Source of the DNA: a virus
Lineage: Duplodnaviria > Caudoviricetes
Virus record (IMG/VR): IMGVR_UViG_3300028591_000179
Location: 1 to 64,000 of that record
Strand: one strand, 5' to 3'
DNA: 64,000 bases
Made by a program: the position numbers and the translations under genes. Positions 19,751-29,619 of this stretch are shown here, in pieces (position 1 is the stretch's first letter; each line of letters begins with the position of its first letter). The notes beneath the pieces were generated by a model. The model worked only from the letters and a program-made list of their open reading frames with translations. It made no database searches and had not been told where the DNA came from.

Positions 19751-19779
19751 ATTATATATTAATAAACTATTTGTGTAAA
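19751..19779 (-). promoter_or_regulatory. Sigma70-like promoter
   Basis: TTTACA-N17-TATAAT. Confidence 0.75.
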
Positions 19780-19784
19780 ACAGT

Positions 19785-20090
19785 TTACTTATTTAATAAA
19801 GCTATTCTTAATATTGTCAAATAATCATCTTTATATAATTTTTTTAATGTTTTAAGTTCATCAATAAAATTTTTATTATTTGCAATTTCTAATAGTTTTT
19901 TATAAATAATAGATAATATAAGATTTGCATCTATATTTTCTAATTGCTGATATAAAGTTGGTATATATCTATATATATTATAAATTGTTATTATCTCATT
20001 TGGACTAAACATTTGCCCATCATTAGTATGAAAAGTTGTATCTGATGGTAAATCAGGATGAGTATACGATATTATTGAGGCATCACACAT
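19785..20090 (-). CDS. Hypothetical protein (tandem paralogue set)
   Basis: C-terminal helical region resembles the 20090 and 20404 ORFs. Confidence 0.6.
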   Translation of the reverse strand: MCDASIISYTHPDLPSDTTFHTNDGQMFSPNEIITIYNIYRYIPTLYQQLENIDANLILSIIYKKLLEIANNKNFIDELKTLKKLYKDDYLTILRIALLNK

Positions 20091-20404
20091 TATTTTATCT
20101 CTTTTACTAATTCATTTAATTTATTACTTTGTTCTTTTAATAATCCCATTTCTATGGCAATAACAGTATATCTATAATTTAATTGATATAGTTTTAAAGT
20201 TGATTCATATATATCTCTATTTTCTGGATAACTGTTATAATATAATTCAAATATTTTTTTATACCATGTATCTAAATTTTCATCTTTTAACTTATCATTA
20301 ACATAACCAACAGTAGCTATTTCATCAAAAGAATTAGGACTTTTTATAGAAGTATAATAACATTTATTACTATTTGGAGTATTGACAACAATAGAATTAT
20401 TCAT
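20090..20404 (-). CDS. Hypothetical protein (tandem paralogue set)
   Basis: Coupled ORF; 'WYKKIFE...LKLYQLNY..VIAI.MG'. Confidence 0.6.
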   Translation of the reverse strand: MNNSIVVNTPNSNKCYYTSIKSPNSFDEIATVGYVNDKLKDENLDTWYKKIFELYYNSYPENRDIYESTLKLYQLNYRYTVIAIEMGLLKEQSNKLNELVKEIK

Positions 20405-20655
20405 TATAATTTATCTCCCATTGCTAAAATTACTAATTTATAATTTTGATATACTTTATATAAAGATTCAAATTCAGATTTTAATTCTTCATGTGAATTT
20501 AATAGAGCTTCATATAAATTTTTCCAATTTTCTTCCTCTATACTTTGTGCTGTTGGTATAGTATGAGGATATAAACTACTAAAATCTATATTTGTTAACT
20601 TTTGACAATGTGCAAATGCAAATGATAAATCTAAATCAAATTTATCTGGACCCAT
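20404..20655 (-). CDS. Hypothetical protein (tandem paralogue set)
   Basis: 'WKNLYE...LYKVYQNYKLVILAMG'. Confidence 0.6.
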   Translation of the reverse strand: MGPDKFDLDLSFAFAHCQKLTNIDFSSLYPHTIPTAQSIEEENWKNLYEALLNSHEELKSEFESLYKVYQNYKLVILAMGDKL

Positions 20656-22600
20656 AATTTAATTCCTCCTTTAAATCTTCAAGAGTACATATTCTAACAT
20701 TGGCTTTTCTTGCTTTTTCTATTTTGCTAGAAGTACCCATAATATCTTTTACTACTAAACAATTTACATTTTTATTCCATTTATCTGAAGCATTTCCTCC
20801 ATTTTTATTAATATAATTTTCTAATGCTTTGTCACGAATACCAGAAAAACATATATTATATTTAGCACAAACTGTTGATTCTATTTGATTTTTTGGATTT
20901 ATAAATTCTATACCATAACTATGTAATTGCATATGAATTTTAGTCATATACCATAAATGTTCATATTCTAAATATTGACTAATTCTAGACTCTCCAAATC
21001 CTTCAATATTTTCTAGTTTTTCTTTAGTCATTCCTTCTAAAGTATTATATTTATTCCAAACCAAATTTAATACTCTTTCACCAATATCTGGGCCAAAACT
21101 ACCACAAGCGGCGGCGAATTGTGTCTCTATAAAGGTACTTTTTTTGGCTTTTAAACTAGCTTCTATCTTTTTTCCATTCTCACCTATTAATTTTGTAATT
21201 TCACCTTCTGGAAGCTCATAAATACGGTATGGATGATCGTATAAATTTAAAAATTGACTAAAAGCATCATATATCTTTACACAGTTTCCATATCCTAATT
21301 GTTCAATATCAAGTTTTTCACCAAAATACTCTAAACGTCTTATACCCATTTCTCTAGCATATTCCGGAGTATCATTTGACCAAATATATACTAGATCTAC
21401 ACCTTCTATTTTAGTTTGACATTTTGGTAAATTATAATTTTTAGATGGTATTAATACTTCTTCTAATTTTGGAATTACTAAACCGGCTCTTTTAAATTTA
21501 ATTTTAGCACCGATACCACATTTTGTTTTAATTACATTTTCATAATTATGTGCTGTAATATTAGTAATTTTAGCACCAGCAACTTCTACTGGTTCAATTT
21601 CTAATACTGGAGTAAAAATACCCCAACGACTTATTTGCCAATTTATATTAGTAACAATAGATTCAGCTATATTATCATGAATACCTAATTTAAATTTTCT
21701 ACTACATTTTGGATTTATAGTTCCTCCAACAAATCCATCTTCAATATTATCTAATTGTGTAAGAATAATACCATCTAACTCATAATCAGAAAATTTAAGT
21801 CTTGTTTTAACTAAATCAATCATATTTTCATCAGTTAATGTTTCGGCTGACATAACTTGATAAAAAGGTACTTTAAACCCTTCATTTTTTAAGAATTCAA
21901 ATGCCTTTAATGTACCTTGATCTTTAGAAGTCCAATAAGCTACAAATTCTGTTTGTTCAAAAATATAAGGTTTAGTTTCTTTACTATTTAATGCTCCTGC
22001 TATAGTATTTCTACCATTTTTTTGTTTTTTGCCACTAACTTGCTCTAATAAATTTAATATTGTTGGTATTGCAATTTTTGGAAATAATAATTCACCTCTA
22101 ATTATTATTTTATCTTTATAATTTATCTTTTTAGGAAATCCTACATTTTGAACATGTCTCATAATATCTTTACCTTTGGTTCCATGTCCGCGTGTAGCAG
22201 CAATAGTTAACTCACCATTTTCATAAGTAAGAATTAATGAACATCCATCTAACTTATCTGAAATTAAAAATTGTTCATGACCCTTAATCCATTTTTCTAA
22301 ATCACCTTCTTTTAATTCTTCCATACTACCCATTGGTATTTCATGAATAATATCTTGACCATAACCAGTATTATCAGAGGTTAACTTAGTAAAAAATTCA
22401 TCATTTGGCCATATTATTTTAGCTTTATTATAAATATTATCATAAAACCAATCGTCCACAACATTTGAATCAAAATTTTCTGGATAAAAATTTAAAGTGT
22501 TGGCTAAAATTTGCCAATCATTATCAGTTAAAATGTAAAGATCACCTTCTGAATACGCTTTATTACATTTTTTTAATAACTGTTTAAGTTTTTCATTCAT
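20642..22600 (-). CDS. ligA: NAD+-dependent DNA ligase
   Basis: SDKLDG adenylation motif, 'TRG.G..G.DI', ELDG, OB fold, HhH repeats, C-terminal BRCT (FSGIR). Confidence 0.93.
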   Translation of the reverse strand: MNEKLKQLLKKCNKAYSEGDLYILTDNDWQILANTLNFYPENFDSNVVDDWFYDNIYNKAKIIWPNDEFFTKLTSDNTGYGQDIIHEIPMGSMEELKEGDLEKWIKGHEQFLISDKLDGCSLILTYENGELTIAATRGHGTKGKDIMRHVQNVGFPKKINYKDKIIIRGELLFPKIAIPTILNLLEQVSGKKQKNGRNTIAGALNSKETKPYIFEQTEFVAYWTSKDQGTLKAFEFLKNEGFKVPFYQVMSAETLTDENMIDLVKTRLKFSDYELDGIILTQLDNIEDGFVGGTINPKCSRKFKLGIHDNIAESIVTNINWQISRWGIFTPVLEIEPVEVAGAKITNITAHNYENVIKTKCGIGAKIKFKRAGLVIPKLEEVLIPSKNYNLPKCQTKIEGVDLVYIWSNDTPEYAREMGIRRLEYFGEKLDIEQLGYGNCVKIYDAFSQFLNLYDHPYRIYELPEGEITKLIGENGKKIEASLKAKKSTFIETQFAAACGSFGPDIGERVLNLVWNKYNTLEGMTKEKLENIEGFGESRISQYLEYEHLWYMTKIHMQLHSYGIEFINPKNQIESTVCAKYNICFSGIRDKALENYINKNGGNASDKWNKNVNCLVVKDIMGTSSKIEKARKANVRICTLEDLKEELNYGSR

Positions 22601-22908
22601 TAATAGCTCCTTTCTAAAAGATGTATAGTTTTACCAAATCTTTTGAGATGATCATCTCTCAAAGTAGTAATATCCATTTGTTTAGATAATGCAACAATTG
22701 CATCAACCATATTTAAATAATAAACTATTTGATCCGAATCCGTTACAATATAACTTTGTTTAATAATAAAAAACATTTTTGTTGAAAATTCATAATATAA
22801 ACCAGAAGGTTTAGAATCTTTACGATTACTATCCTTTGTTAAAAACAATCCATCTAAAACCTTACCGTTTTCCATTCTATGAATTTTACGAATATACCAT
22901 TTATCCAT
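22600..22908 (-). CDS. Hypothetical protein
   Basis: AAGGA SD; coupled to ligase. Confidence 0.6.
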   Translation of the reverse strand: MDKWYIRKIHRMENGKVLDGLFLTKDSNRKDSKPSGLYYEFSTKMFFIIKQSYIVTDSDQIVYYLNMVDAIVALSKQMDITTLRDDHLKRFGKTIHLLERSY

Positions 22909-22924
22909 GTTTAATCCTTTTTGC

Positions 22925-22967
22925 TTTACTTTATTTTAAATATAAGCTATCCTATAAAAAATGTAAA
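22925..22967. promoter_or_regulatory. Overlapping divergent sigma70-like promoters
   Basis: Plus: TTTACT(22925)-N17-TATCCT. Minus: TTTACA(22967-22962)-N17-TATATT. Confidence 0.65.
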
Positions 22968-22987
22968 ACAAATTAAAGGAAATATAA

Positions 22988-23422
22988 ATGAGATGGATTA
23001 ATCATTTTATAGAAATGGCTCAATTAGTATCTACTATGTCAAAAGACCCAAATCATAAAATAGGAGCAGTTATAGTTGACCAAAATAATCGAGTTATAAG
23101 TACTGGATTTAATGGATTTGCACACGGCATAAAAGATTCTAATGAACGTTTAGAAAACAAAGATATAAAAAGACTATTAATGCTACATGCCGAAGAAAAT
23201 GCTATATTACATGCTAAACAAGATTTAAAAGGATGCTATATTTATATTTATGGATATCCACCTTGTGTACATTGTATGTCATTAATTATTCAATCCGGTT
23301 TAAGTTGTATATATTATAAAAATTCTAGAAAAGATAATACAATTTCTGATTATTGGAAAGAAAACCTAGAATTATCTAAAAAATTAGCAGATGAAGTACA
23401 TATACCAATTGTTGAATTATAA
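22988..23422 (+). CDS. dCMP deaminase (deoxycytidylate deaminase family)
   Basis: 'SKDP..KIGAVIV', 'GFNG', HAEENA, PCVHC. Confidence 0.92.
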   Translation: MRWINHFIEMAQLVSTMSKDPNHKIGAVIVDQNNRVISTGFNGFAHGIKDSNERLENKDIKRLLMLHAEENAILHAKQDLKGCYIYIYGYPPCVHCMSLIIQSGLSCIYYKNSRKDNTISDYWKENLELSKKLADEVHIPIVEL

Positions 23423-23429
23423 TATTAAA

Positions 23430-23457
23430 AAATCCCTCAATTAATTTTGAGGGATTT
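23430..23457. terminator. Bidirectional terminator
   Basis: AAATCCCTCAA/TTGAGGGATTT between convergent genes. Confidence 0.75.
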
Positions 23458-23461
23458 AATT

Positions 23462-23704
23462 TTATTTACCATCTATTACACTCGTTACTGTTTTTGCTTC
23501 CATTGTTCTATTCCAAACTTTTATACATTGTTTTGTATTTAATGCTAAGAATTCATATAAATCATAATGTTTACAATGTGGACATCTAGCATAATACATT
23601 TCATCTATTTCATCAATTCGCGGATAACTAATTATTCCATGTCTTTTACAATGTTTACAAGGAGCAGCTCCTCTTTTATCATATTGTATATCTTTTTTTC
23701 CCAT
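23462..23704 (-). CDS. Zn-finger protein, Lar (restriction alleviation)-like
   Basis: PCKHC...YARCPHC...'I.VWNR' matches the Lar-family layout. Confidence 0.55.
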   Translation of the reverse strand: MGKKDIQYDKRGAAPCKHCKRHGIISYPRIDEIDEMYYARCPHCKHYDLYEFLALNTKQCIKVWNRTMEAKTVTSVIDGK

Positions 23705-23712
23705 AAGTCCTC

Positions 23713-23991
23713 TTAAATCTTTCCCAATTTTTCTAGCTCCAATGTAATAACATTAGCTATTTCTTTTCTTTGTTGATTAACATCTAATCTTTCAATACTA
23801 CTAGCCATAGCTCTAACCAATCTTAATGTTTTAATAACATTATCTATTTGACGTCTTAAAAATATAATTTCATCACGCTGTTTATCATAAACTCTATGTA
23901 ATTTATTATACATTTTTTTATGATATTCATTTTCTAATTGAGCCAGAGTAGTTTCAAATTTATCTGTGGTTTCTATATTTTCCATAAGCAA
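23713..23991 (-). CDS. Hypothetical coiled-coil protein
   Basis: AAGGAG SD. Confidence 0.6.
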   Translation of the reverse strand: MLMENIETTDKFETTLAQLENEYHKKMYNKLHRVYDKQRDEIIFLRRQIDNVIKTLRLVRAMASSIERLDVNQQRKEIANVITLELEKLGKI

Positions 23992-24106
23992 TCTCCTTTA
24001 AATTTATAAATATCTTATAACTTCAAACAAGTAAAGCCTTTAATGAAAATAAAGACCTAACTTAATAGGCCTTTATCTTATGGAAATTAATTAATAATTT
24101 TAGACT

Positions 24107-24718
24107 TTAATCTTTGATTTTATTAATAGCATTTAATATAGCCATAGCTGCCGAATATTGACTTTTATTAATCAAATCAATTGTTACATTTTTTAAAATT
24201 GATTCATCAGACTGAGTTTTAGAAACAATTGTTTGAATAGGAGCAATCGTCTTTTCTGAAGATTTTTCTTCTGCATCCTTATAATTAAACAAAGTTAAAG
24301 TTTCTCTTTTTGTTTCTGGTTTAGTGAGCGTATATTCATTACCATCTCTACCAATATATTTACCATGTGTTTTAAAATTGAAACCAAGTGTCCATGGAGT
24401 AATTCTTAAATATTCTGCGGCTTCTTTAATTGAATTAAATTTTCTACCGGTTTCAGAACAAAAAACTACTTGAGATCTACCTTTTCTATTTGAGTAAATA
24501 GACTTAACACTAGTCTTAATCGGTTTAGTCTTAATAGACATTCTAGTTGGATAAGATCTATTATCTACTCTTTCAATATGATATCCATTAACTTCATCTT
24601 TACCAAATCTAAGAGTATCTGTAATCTTCCAAGGATTAACACCTAAAAAATCTGCTGCATCTTTGATAGAATCAAATACTTCATTATCTACTCTAATTTT
24701 TACACAACGCTTGTTCAT
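24107..24718 (-). CDS. NUMOD1-like repeat DNA-binding protein, no nuclease domain
   Basis: 'FDSIKDAADFLGV' and 'FNSIKEAAEYL' modules; paralogue of 56282-56899. Confidence 0.7.
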   Translation of the reverse strand: MNKRCVKIRVDNEVFDSIKDAADFLGVNPWKITDTLRFGKDEVNGYHIERVDNRSYPTRMSIKTKPIKTSVKSIYSNRKGRSQVVFCSETGRKFNSIKEAAEYLRITPWTLGFNFKTHGKYIGRDGNEYTLTKPETKRETLTLFNYKDAEEKSSEKTIAPIQTIVSKTQSDESILKNVTIDLINKSQYSAAMAILNAINKIKD

Positions 24719-24786
24719 AAAATTTCTCCTTTAAAAATTATTTATACTTTATTATATAAACAGTTTAATTATAAAAGTAAAACCAT

Positions 24787-25134
24787 TTATATATATTTTT
24801 TTAATATTTCTTTTGTTATAGATTTATTTGTATATTCTGCTACTAATTTTGAATAATCTTTCTTATCTATTTCATCTTTTATAAAGGCATATCCAGAATT
24901 AACTAAAACAACTTTATTAAAATTATTTTTCTTTAAATATTCTAATAAATCTAATACTGTTTCATCTTCCATTTCATAATCACTAATTATTAAATCCGCA
25001 TTAGTAATCATATTTTGAGCAATTGCTTCAGATGGTTTAAAAAACGTTACTGCACAATGCCCAAGTTTTTTTACCATTATATATAAACATTTAGCATAAT
25101 TTTCATCATCCTCCAAAATTAATACATTAGCCAT
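24787..25134 (-). CDS. Single-domain response regulator (receiver domain)
   Basis: 'VLILEDD', phosphoacceptor in 'ISDYEM', 'VNSG', C-terminal 'NKS'. Confidence 0.85.
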   Translation of the reverse strand: MANVLILEDDENYAKCLYIMVKKLGHCAVTFFKPSEAIAQNMITNADLIISDYEMEDETVLDLLEYLKKNNFNKVVLVNSGYAFIKDEIDKKDYSKLVAEYTNKSITKEILKKYI

Positions 25135-25183
25135 AAATCTATTCCTTTATTATCTTAACTTATAATTTATATATACTATAAGT

Positions 25184-25672
25184 CTATAAAGATGTAAAGC
25201 CATTAGATTTTTTAGATTCAATAAAATCAAAGCCTATGATGTTTTTATTATAATATTGACTGTCTTGAATAAATATATTATTTTCATTATCTTTTGTAAA
25301 TTTTCTATATGGTAAAGCTGGACAAATATAATATTTACGTGTTTTATTATTATAAGTATCTTTTATATATTCAACTACTGCATAATTTAAAGGTTTGTTA
25401 CCATATTTTATTTTTAAATATCCAATGAATTCTAATTTAAACTTTATCCATAAATATCTTTTACAAATTGATTCTGTATTAGCTAAATATTTTTGTTTAT
25501 TATGAACTAAATTGTTACCCATTGCTGGAGAGGAATAGTACGGTAAATTATGTAATCTATACATTTCATTAGCTTGATATAAATAAAAATCTTCCGAGAA
25601 ATAAATTAATTTTCTAATTATTTTATCTCTACCGTTTCCTTGTATATATAAACCAATAAAATCATTTTCCAT
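25184..25672 (-). CDS. Hypothetical protein
   Basis: 162-aa ORF in the minus-strand run. Confidence 0.55.
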   Translation of the reverse strand: MENDFIGLYIQGNGRDKIIRKLIYFSEDFYLYQANEMYRLHNLPYYSSPAMGNNLVHNKQKYLANTESICKRYLWIKFKLEFIGYLKIKYGNKPLNYAVVEYIKDTYNNKTRKYYICPALPYRKFTKDNENNIFIQDSQYYNKNIIGFDFIESKKSNGFTSL

Positions 25673-25675
25673 AAA

Positions 25676-25918
25676 TTAATCCAATTGTAAAATTTCACTT
25701 AGCATTTTATGCATTTCTTTTAAAGTATTATTTAAATCCATTATAATTTTAAAATATTCATGCTTATCTTTTTCACTAATATCTTTTTTATTATAAAGAT
25801 GAACATAACTATCTCTTATTTCCCATGAGGTCATCATATTATCAAAAACAGATTTAATTAATTTTTTCATATCTGCCTTTGATACCTCATTATTATTTAA
25901 TGGTTTATTCTTAATCAT
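25676..25918 (-). CDS. Hypothetical protein
   Basis: AAGGAG SD. Confidence 0.6.
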   Translation of the reverse strand: MIKNKPLNNNEVSKADMKKLIKSVFDNMMTSWEIRDSYVHLYNKKDISEKDKHEYFKIIMDLNNTLKEMHKMLSEILQLD

Positions 25919-26070
25919 GTTAAATGACTCCTTTTATTATCTTTAATTTATTTATAAACTATATGTTTCTTAAAGTAAAACAATTTTTATTAACTTTTTA
26001 TTAATAAAGACTAAAACTTTAGGAGATATATTTTATTATATATTAATAAGTAAAACCGTTTTTTCAATAT

Positions 26071-26077
26071 AGTTCTA
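26071..26077 (+). promoter_or_regulatory. Putative late promoter AGTTCTA
   Basis: 35 nt before the 26113 ORF. Confidence 0.65.
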
Positions 26078-26112
26078 TCTTATATATTATAATAAAATAA
26101 AGGAAAATTTAA

Positions 26113-26358
26113 ATGGCTATCTATCATAAATTCTTATATAACTGTATGCTAAATAACTATGATTTAGGTGATATTACAGATGAAGAGGCATTTGCGCAAG
26201 GATATAAGAAATTAAATCCAGAAATGCCAAATGATGGTAAAATATATACAGCCAAATCGGTAAAAGAAAATGGTAACTTTTTGAATGTCGAATGGGAAGA
26301 AATAACTATGCCTGAAGACAATCAAGAAACATTATCAGAAGATTTACCAAACGAATAA
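26113..26358 (+). CDS. Acidic hypothetical late protein
   Basis: AAGGA SD; own AGTTCTA. Confidence 0.7.
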   Translation: MAIYHKFLYNCMLNNYDLGDITDEEAFAQGYKKLNPEMPNDGKIYTAKSVKENGNFLNVEWEEITMPEDNQETLSEDLPNE

Positions 26359-26359
26359 A

Positions 26360-26911
26360 CTAATAGTTATGACAAGTACAAAGATCATGAGTCTTAAGAT
26401 CATGATACATACCTTGTTTTATCTTACCACAATGAGTACAAATTGCTTGATATAATCTATTTCTACTGTTATAAGCATTTTTACCAGTATCTATTAATAA
26501 AAAATCACCAACTATTTCATTATTATGTTTGGCTATTAATTTACCATTAGTATGATGATTACAAGTACATCTAGGTACGCTATTTAATTTGGTACAAGAA
26601 ATCCATTTTATATTATTACAATTTTCGCAATGCAATTTATATCTTAATTTTTCTTTTTTATAAGTATAGCCAATTACTTTATATCCTCTAAAAACTTTGT
26701 TTTCTACTAACTTAAATTTTTCATTAGCTGTTTTTGCTTTCTTACACTTTGAACATTCACAAGAATGTTTAATAGTCCAAATAGGGCCAGAACGTGTATA
26801 TCCACAATTTAAACAAGTTGCTTTATACACAGCAATATTATTTCTACGTTTTAATAATTCATTTATTTTAAAATCGCCTATTATCTTATTAATATAATTA
26901 ACTTTTAACAT
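26360..26911 (-). CDS. Cys-rich triple Zn-ribbon repeat protein
   Basis: Three 'IGDF...Y.A.C..C...C.C' units, like N-terminal modules of phage HNH endonucleases; no HNH core. Confidence 0.6.
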   Translation of the reverse strand: MLKVNYINKIIGDFKINELLKRRNNIAVYKATCLNCGYTRSGPIWTIKHSCECSKCKKAKTANEKFKLVENKVFRGYKVIGYTYKKEKLRYKLHCENCNNIKWISCTKLNSVPRCTCNHHTNGKLIAKHNNEIVGDFLLIDTGKNAYNSRNRLYQAICTHCGKIKQGMYHDLKTHDLCTCHNY

Positions 26912-26994
26912 TTTACTTTCCTATATTATACTTTTTATTATATTATGATATTACAATTTATATATAAGTAAAACAAAATATTATGAAATTATCA

Positions 26995-27001
26995 AGTTCT
27001 A
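26995..27001 (+). promoter_or_regulatory. Putative late promoter AGTTCTA
   Basis: 29 nt before the 27031 ORF. Confidence 0.65.
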
Positions 27002-27030
27002 AATGATATTGATATTATAAGGAAAATAAA

Positions 27031-27297
27031 ATGTCTAGATTCAGTAAAATTGTTAAAGCAAAATTAAAAGAAGAACTAACCATAAATCCATTAGTACAGG
27101 AATTAAATACAATGCATGAAAAAATTGATCAGATGCAAGAAACAATAATTGAAAAATATTCCAGTGCTAATTTTGATAGAGAAAATCATAGAGCTGAGTA
27201 TTATAATGAAGTAACTTCTGCATTATCAGATGCCAGATTAGCTATTTCTAGAGCAAGCGATTATTTAAATGCTTTAACTGAGGATGAAGTATTTTAA
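27031..27297 (+). CDS. Putative internal head protein (MSxF leader family), helical
   Basis: MSRFSKIVKAKLKE leader; own late promoter and terminator. Confidence 0.6.
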   Translation: MSRFSKIVKAKLKEELTINPLVQELNTMHEKIDQMQETIIEKYSSANFDRENHRAEYYNEVTSALSDARLAISRASDYLNALTEDEVF

Positions 27298-27327
27298 AAA
27301 GGGACCAATTAACTGGTCCCTCTATTT
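27296..27327. terminator. Bidirectional terminator
   Basis: AGGGACCA/TGGTCCCT stem with A and T flanks. Confidence 0.75.
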
Positions 27328-28462
27328 AAACTGTTAAATTTTTTATCTTTATATTTTCTAACAAATCTGCATATTTAAATCTATATGTGTCATCTATTTT
27401 TATTAGTGTAGAATAAACTTGAGTTGCATTTTTTAATTTTTCATATATTACATTTGCACTTGTTATACCTTTATCTCTATCTTTATATAATCTATTATAT
27501 CTTAAGGCTATTTCTTTTTTATTAAGTGTAACAGTTGATATCTCTAAATTTTGTTCTTCTGCAAAAGATTTAAACACACCATATAAATCAATCATAAAAT
27601 TAGAAACTTTATCTTTAGCTAAACTTAATTCTGTATTATATTGTATTTTTACTTTTTTATACAAAATATTTTTAATAGCCTGTAGATTTTTGCTTACATA
27701 AGAATAAAGTAATTTTTTACCAGTTGATAACATATTATATCTTTCCATTTCATTTAATCTTTCAAAAAGCACTAATACAAACCATCTAGCTATATTAGTA
27801 TTTATATTAAATTTTAATCTTTTAGATACTTCAGTTAACTTTGAAGTATTTTCAAGGTCTAGTTTAGTTAATTTTTCTTTTTCTTTGTCATACTCTGTTT
27901 TAGTTAAAATATTTTTATTTAATTGCTCATCTAAAACTTTATATTTTATTGTATAAAGAGTACGCAAAAATTTAATATTTAAAGCATTTTTATAATCTTC
28001 TGTTAAGCTACTATTCATACACTCATCTATACTATTAAACTTAGTATAATTTTTAGATGTTGGTTTAATATTATTTATTTTTAAATACTTATCTAAGCGT
28101 TCTTTTGCAATATTATAAAACTCATTAAATTGTTCTTGGTTTAAAACGTTAGAACAATAATAAAAAATTAAATTTTTTATATCTCTTGAATACCTAAAAT
28201 ATAAATGATATATACACAATAAGTAATCAATTTTTTTAGTTTTTTCAATAGTAAATTCAATTAGTTGTTCATTTTTTGGTTCTTCTGAATTTAAAACTGG
28301 TAATACCTCAAAACAAGTCTTTCTTACTTTTGTAAGCCTATTTACTTCATTTTGATTATAACTTTTTATAGTTTTAATATATGCATATAAATCAGAATAT
28401 GAATAATTTTCTGGTTTAAACGCTTTAGTAATACAATTTATTTTCATTTTAAATCCTTTCAT
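27326..28462 (-). CDS. Hypothetical protein
   Basis: 378-aa ORF, no motif recognised. Confidence 0.7.
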   Translation of the reverse strand: MKGFKMKINCITKAFKPENYSYSDLYAYIKTIKSYNQNEVNRLTKVRKTCFEVLPVLNSEEPKNEQLIEFTIEKTKKIDYLLCIYHLYFRYSRDIKNLIFYYCSNVLNQEQFNEFYNIAKERLDKYLKINNIKPTSKNYTKFNSIDECMNSSLTEDYKNALNIKFLRTLYTIKYKVLDEQLNKNILTKTEYDKEKEKLTKLDLENTSKLTEVSKRLKFNINTNIARWFVLVLFERLNEMERYNMLSTGKKLLYSYVSKNLQAIKNILYKKVKIQYNTELSLAKDKVSNFMIDLYGVFKSFAEEQNLEISTVTLNKKEIALRYNRLYKDRDKGITSANVIYEKLKNATQVYSTLIKIDDTYRFKYADLLENIKIKNLTV

Positions 28463-28518
28463 TATAGATTATGTATTACATATAACATATACTATTTATT
28501 ATGTAAAGCCAAAAAAAA

Positions 28519-29115
28519 TTAATAACCTTTAAGCTTAGCTAATCCATATAATTCATTTATATCATTTATTTTAAACCAATACTTATTTCTATCCTTTTTT
28601 ACAAAATCTAATTTATATGCTGTTTTTACAAAATTAATTACACTATTTATTACAAAAGAATCCATATTATACATAAGTAAACATATATAATTTTCTTTTA
28701 TTTTATCATAATTTTTAGTATAATATAAATCATCAATATGCAAACGTCCAAACATTAACGGCGAAAATTTATATCTCTTAAATAAACTATCTTCAACAAA
28801 ATCTTCTATAATATCTCGTAAACCCTCTTTAGTTATTTTACCTTTATTTATAAAATAATCATATAAATCACTTGGAATTAACCAATGAGCAGAATATTCT
28901 TTGAAATCTAAATATTCTAATTTTTTTACTAAAGGATTTTTTGTATTTTCTAATATACTTTTAGCATATCTACTATCATTTCCTTTTTTATTCCAAATAT
29001 ATAATAAAAATTCTTTATCTCCTATCTCCTCTATATCTAATTGATATTTATTAGATATTTTAAATTCTTCTCTTACTCCATTTAAATACTTAATAAAATC
29101 TAAACGACTTATCAT
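28519..29115 (-). CDS. Hypothetical protein (C-terminal motif family)
   Basis: Ends 'WFKINDINELYGLAKLKGY'. Confidence 0.65.
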   Translation of the reverse strand: MISRLDFIKYLNGVREEFKISNKYQLDIEEIGDKEFLLYIWNKKGNDSRYAKSILENTKNPLVKKLEYLDFKEYSAHWLIPSDLYDYFINKGKITKEGLRDIIEDFVEDSLFKRYKFSPLMFGRLHIDDLYYTKNYDKIKENYICLLMYNMDSFVINSVINFVKTAYKLDFVKKDRNKYWFKINDINELYGLAKLKGY

Positions 29116-29133
29116 ATGAATTCTTTCAATAAA

Positions 29134-29514
29134 TTATTTTAAAGAATATGTTTTGTTTTCTAGATATTCTTTATTAATATCAATTGCTTTCATTAAATAC
29201 TCTATAATTTTATCAAGATATGTCGAATTAAATCTTTTACTTTTTAAAAACCTTCTTAACTCATTAAAATTATTATTTAATTTATCAATACCAAATGTAG
29301 ATTCTCCAATATACATAACTATACTATCATTTGCACAATAAGTTATATTTGAATGACGAATTTTTTTATTAGTTGGTTTATCACCAATATTAATATCCCA
29401 TCTACCTGGATATACTTCTACTAATTCAATACCTTCTCTTTTATATACATTTTCATCATTAGTAATCACTATAGATTCTAATACTTTTGGTATAATTATT
29501 TTTTTATTAGACAT
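29134..29514 (-). CDS. Hypothetical protein
   Basis: AAGGA SD; own sigma70-like promoter. Confidence 0.65.
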   Translation of the reverse strand: MSNKKIIIPKVLESIVITNDENVYKREGIELVEVYPGRWDINIGDKPTNKKIRHSNITYCANDSIVMYIGESTFGIDKLNNNFNELRRFLKSKRFNSTYLDKIIEYLMKAIDINKEYLENKTYSLK

Positions 29515-29546
29515 TTTTAATTCCTTTCAAATTTATTTATATATTT

Positions 29547-29575
29547 AATATATACTATCTCAAGTAAAAAGTAAA
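29547..29575 (-). promoter_or_regulatory. Sigma70-like promoter
   Basis: TTTACT-N17-TATATT. Confidence 0.65.
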
Positions 29576-29619
29576 ACAATTATTTAGGGCTTTCAGTTTA
29601 TTAAACAAAATTTCTTAAA

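Noticed and set aside
3-22600. Inteins or introns in nrdD, ligases or deaminase
   Set aside because: Lengths and motif spacing are normal; no splice-junction or LAGLIDADG motifs seen.
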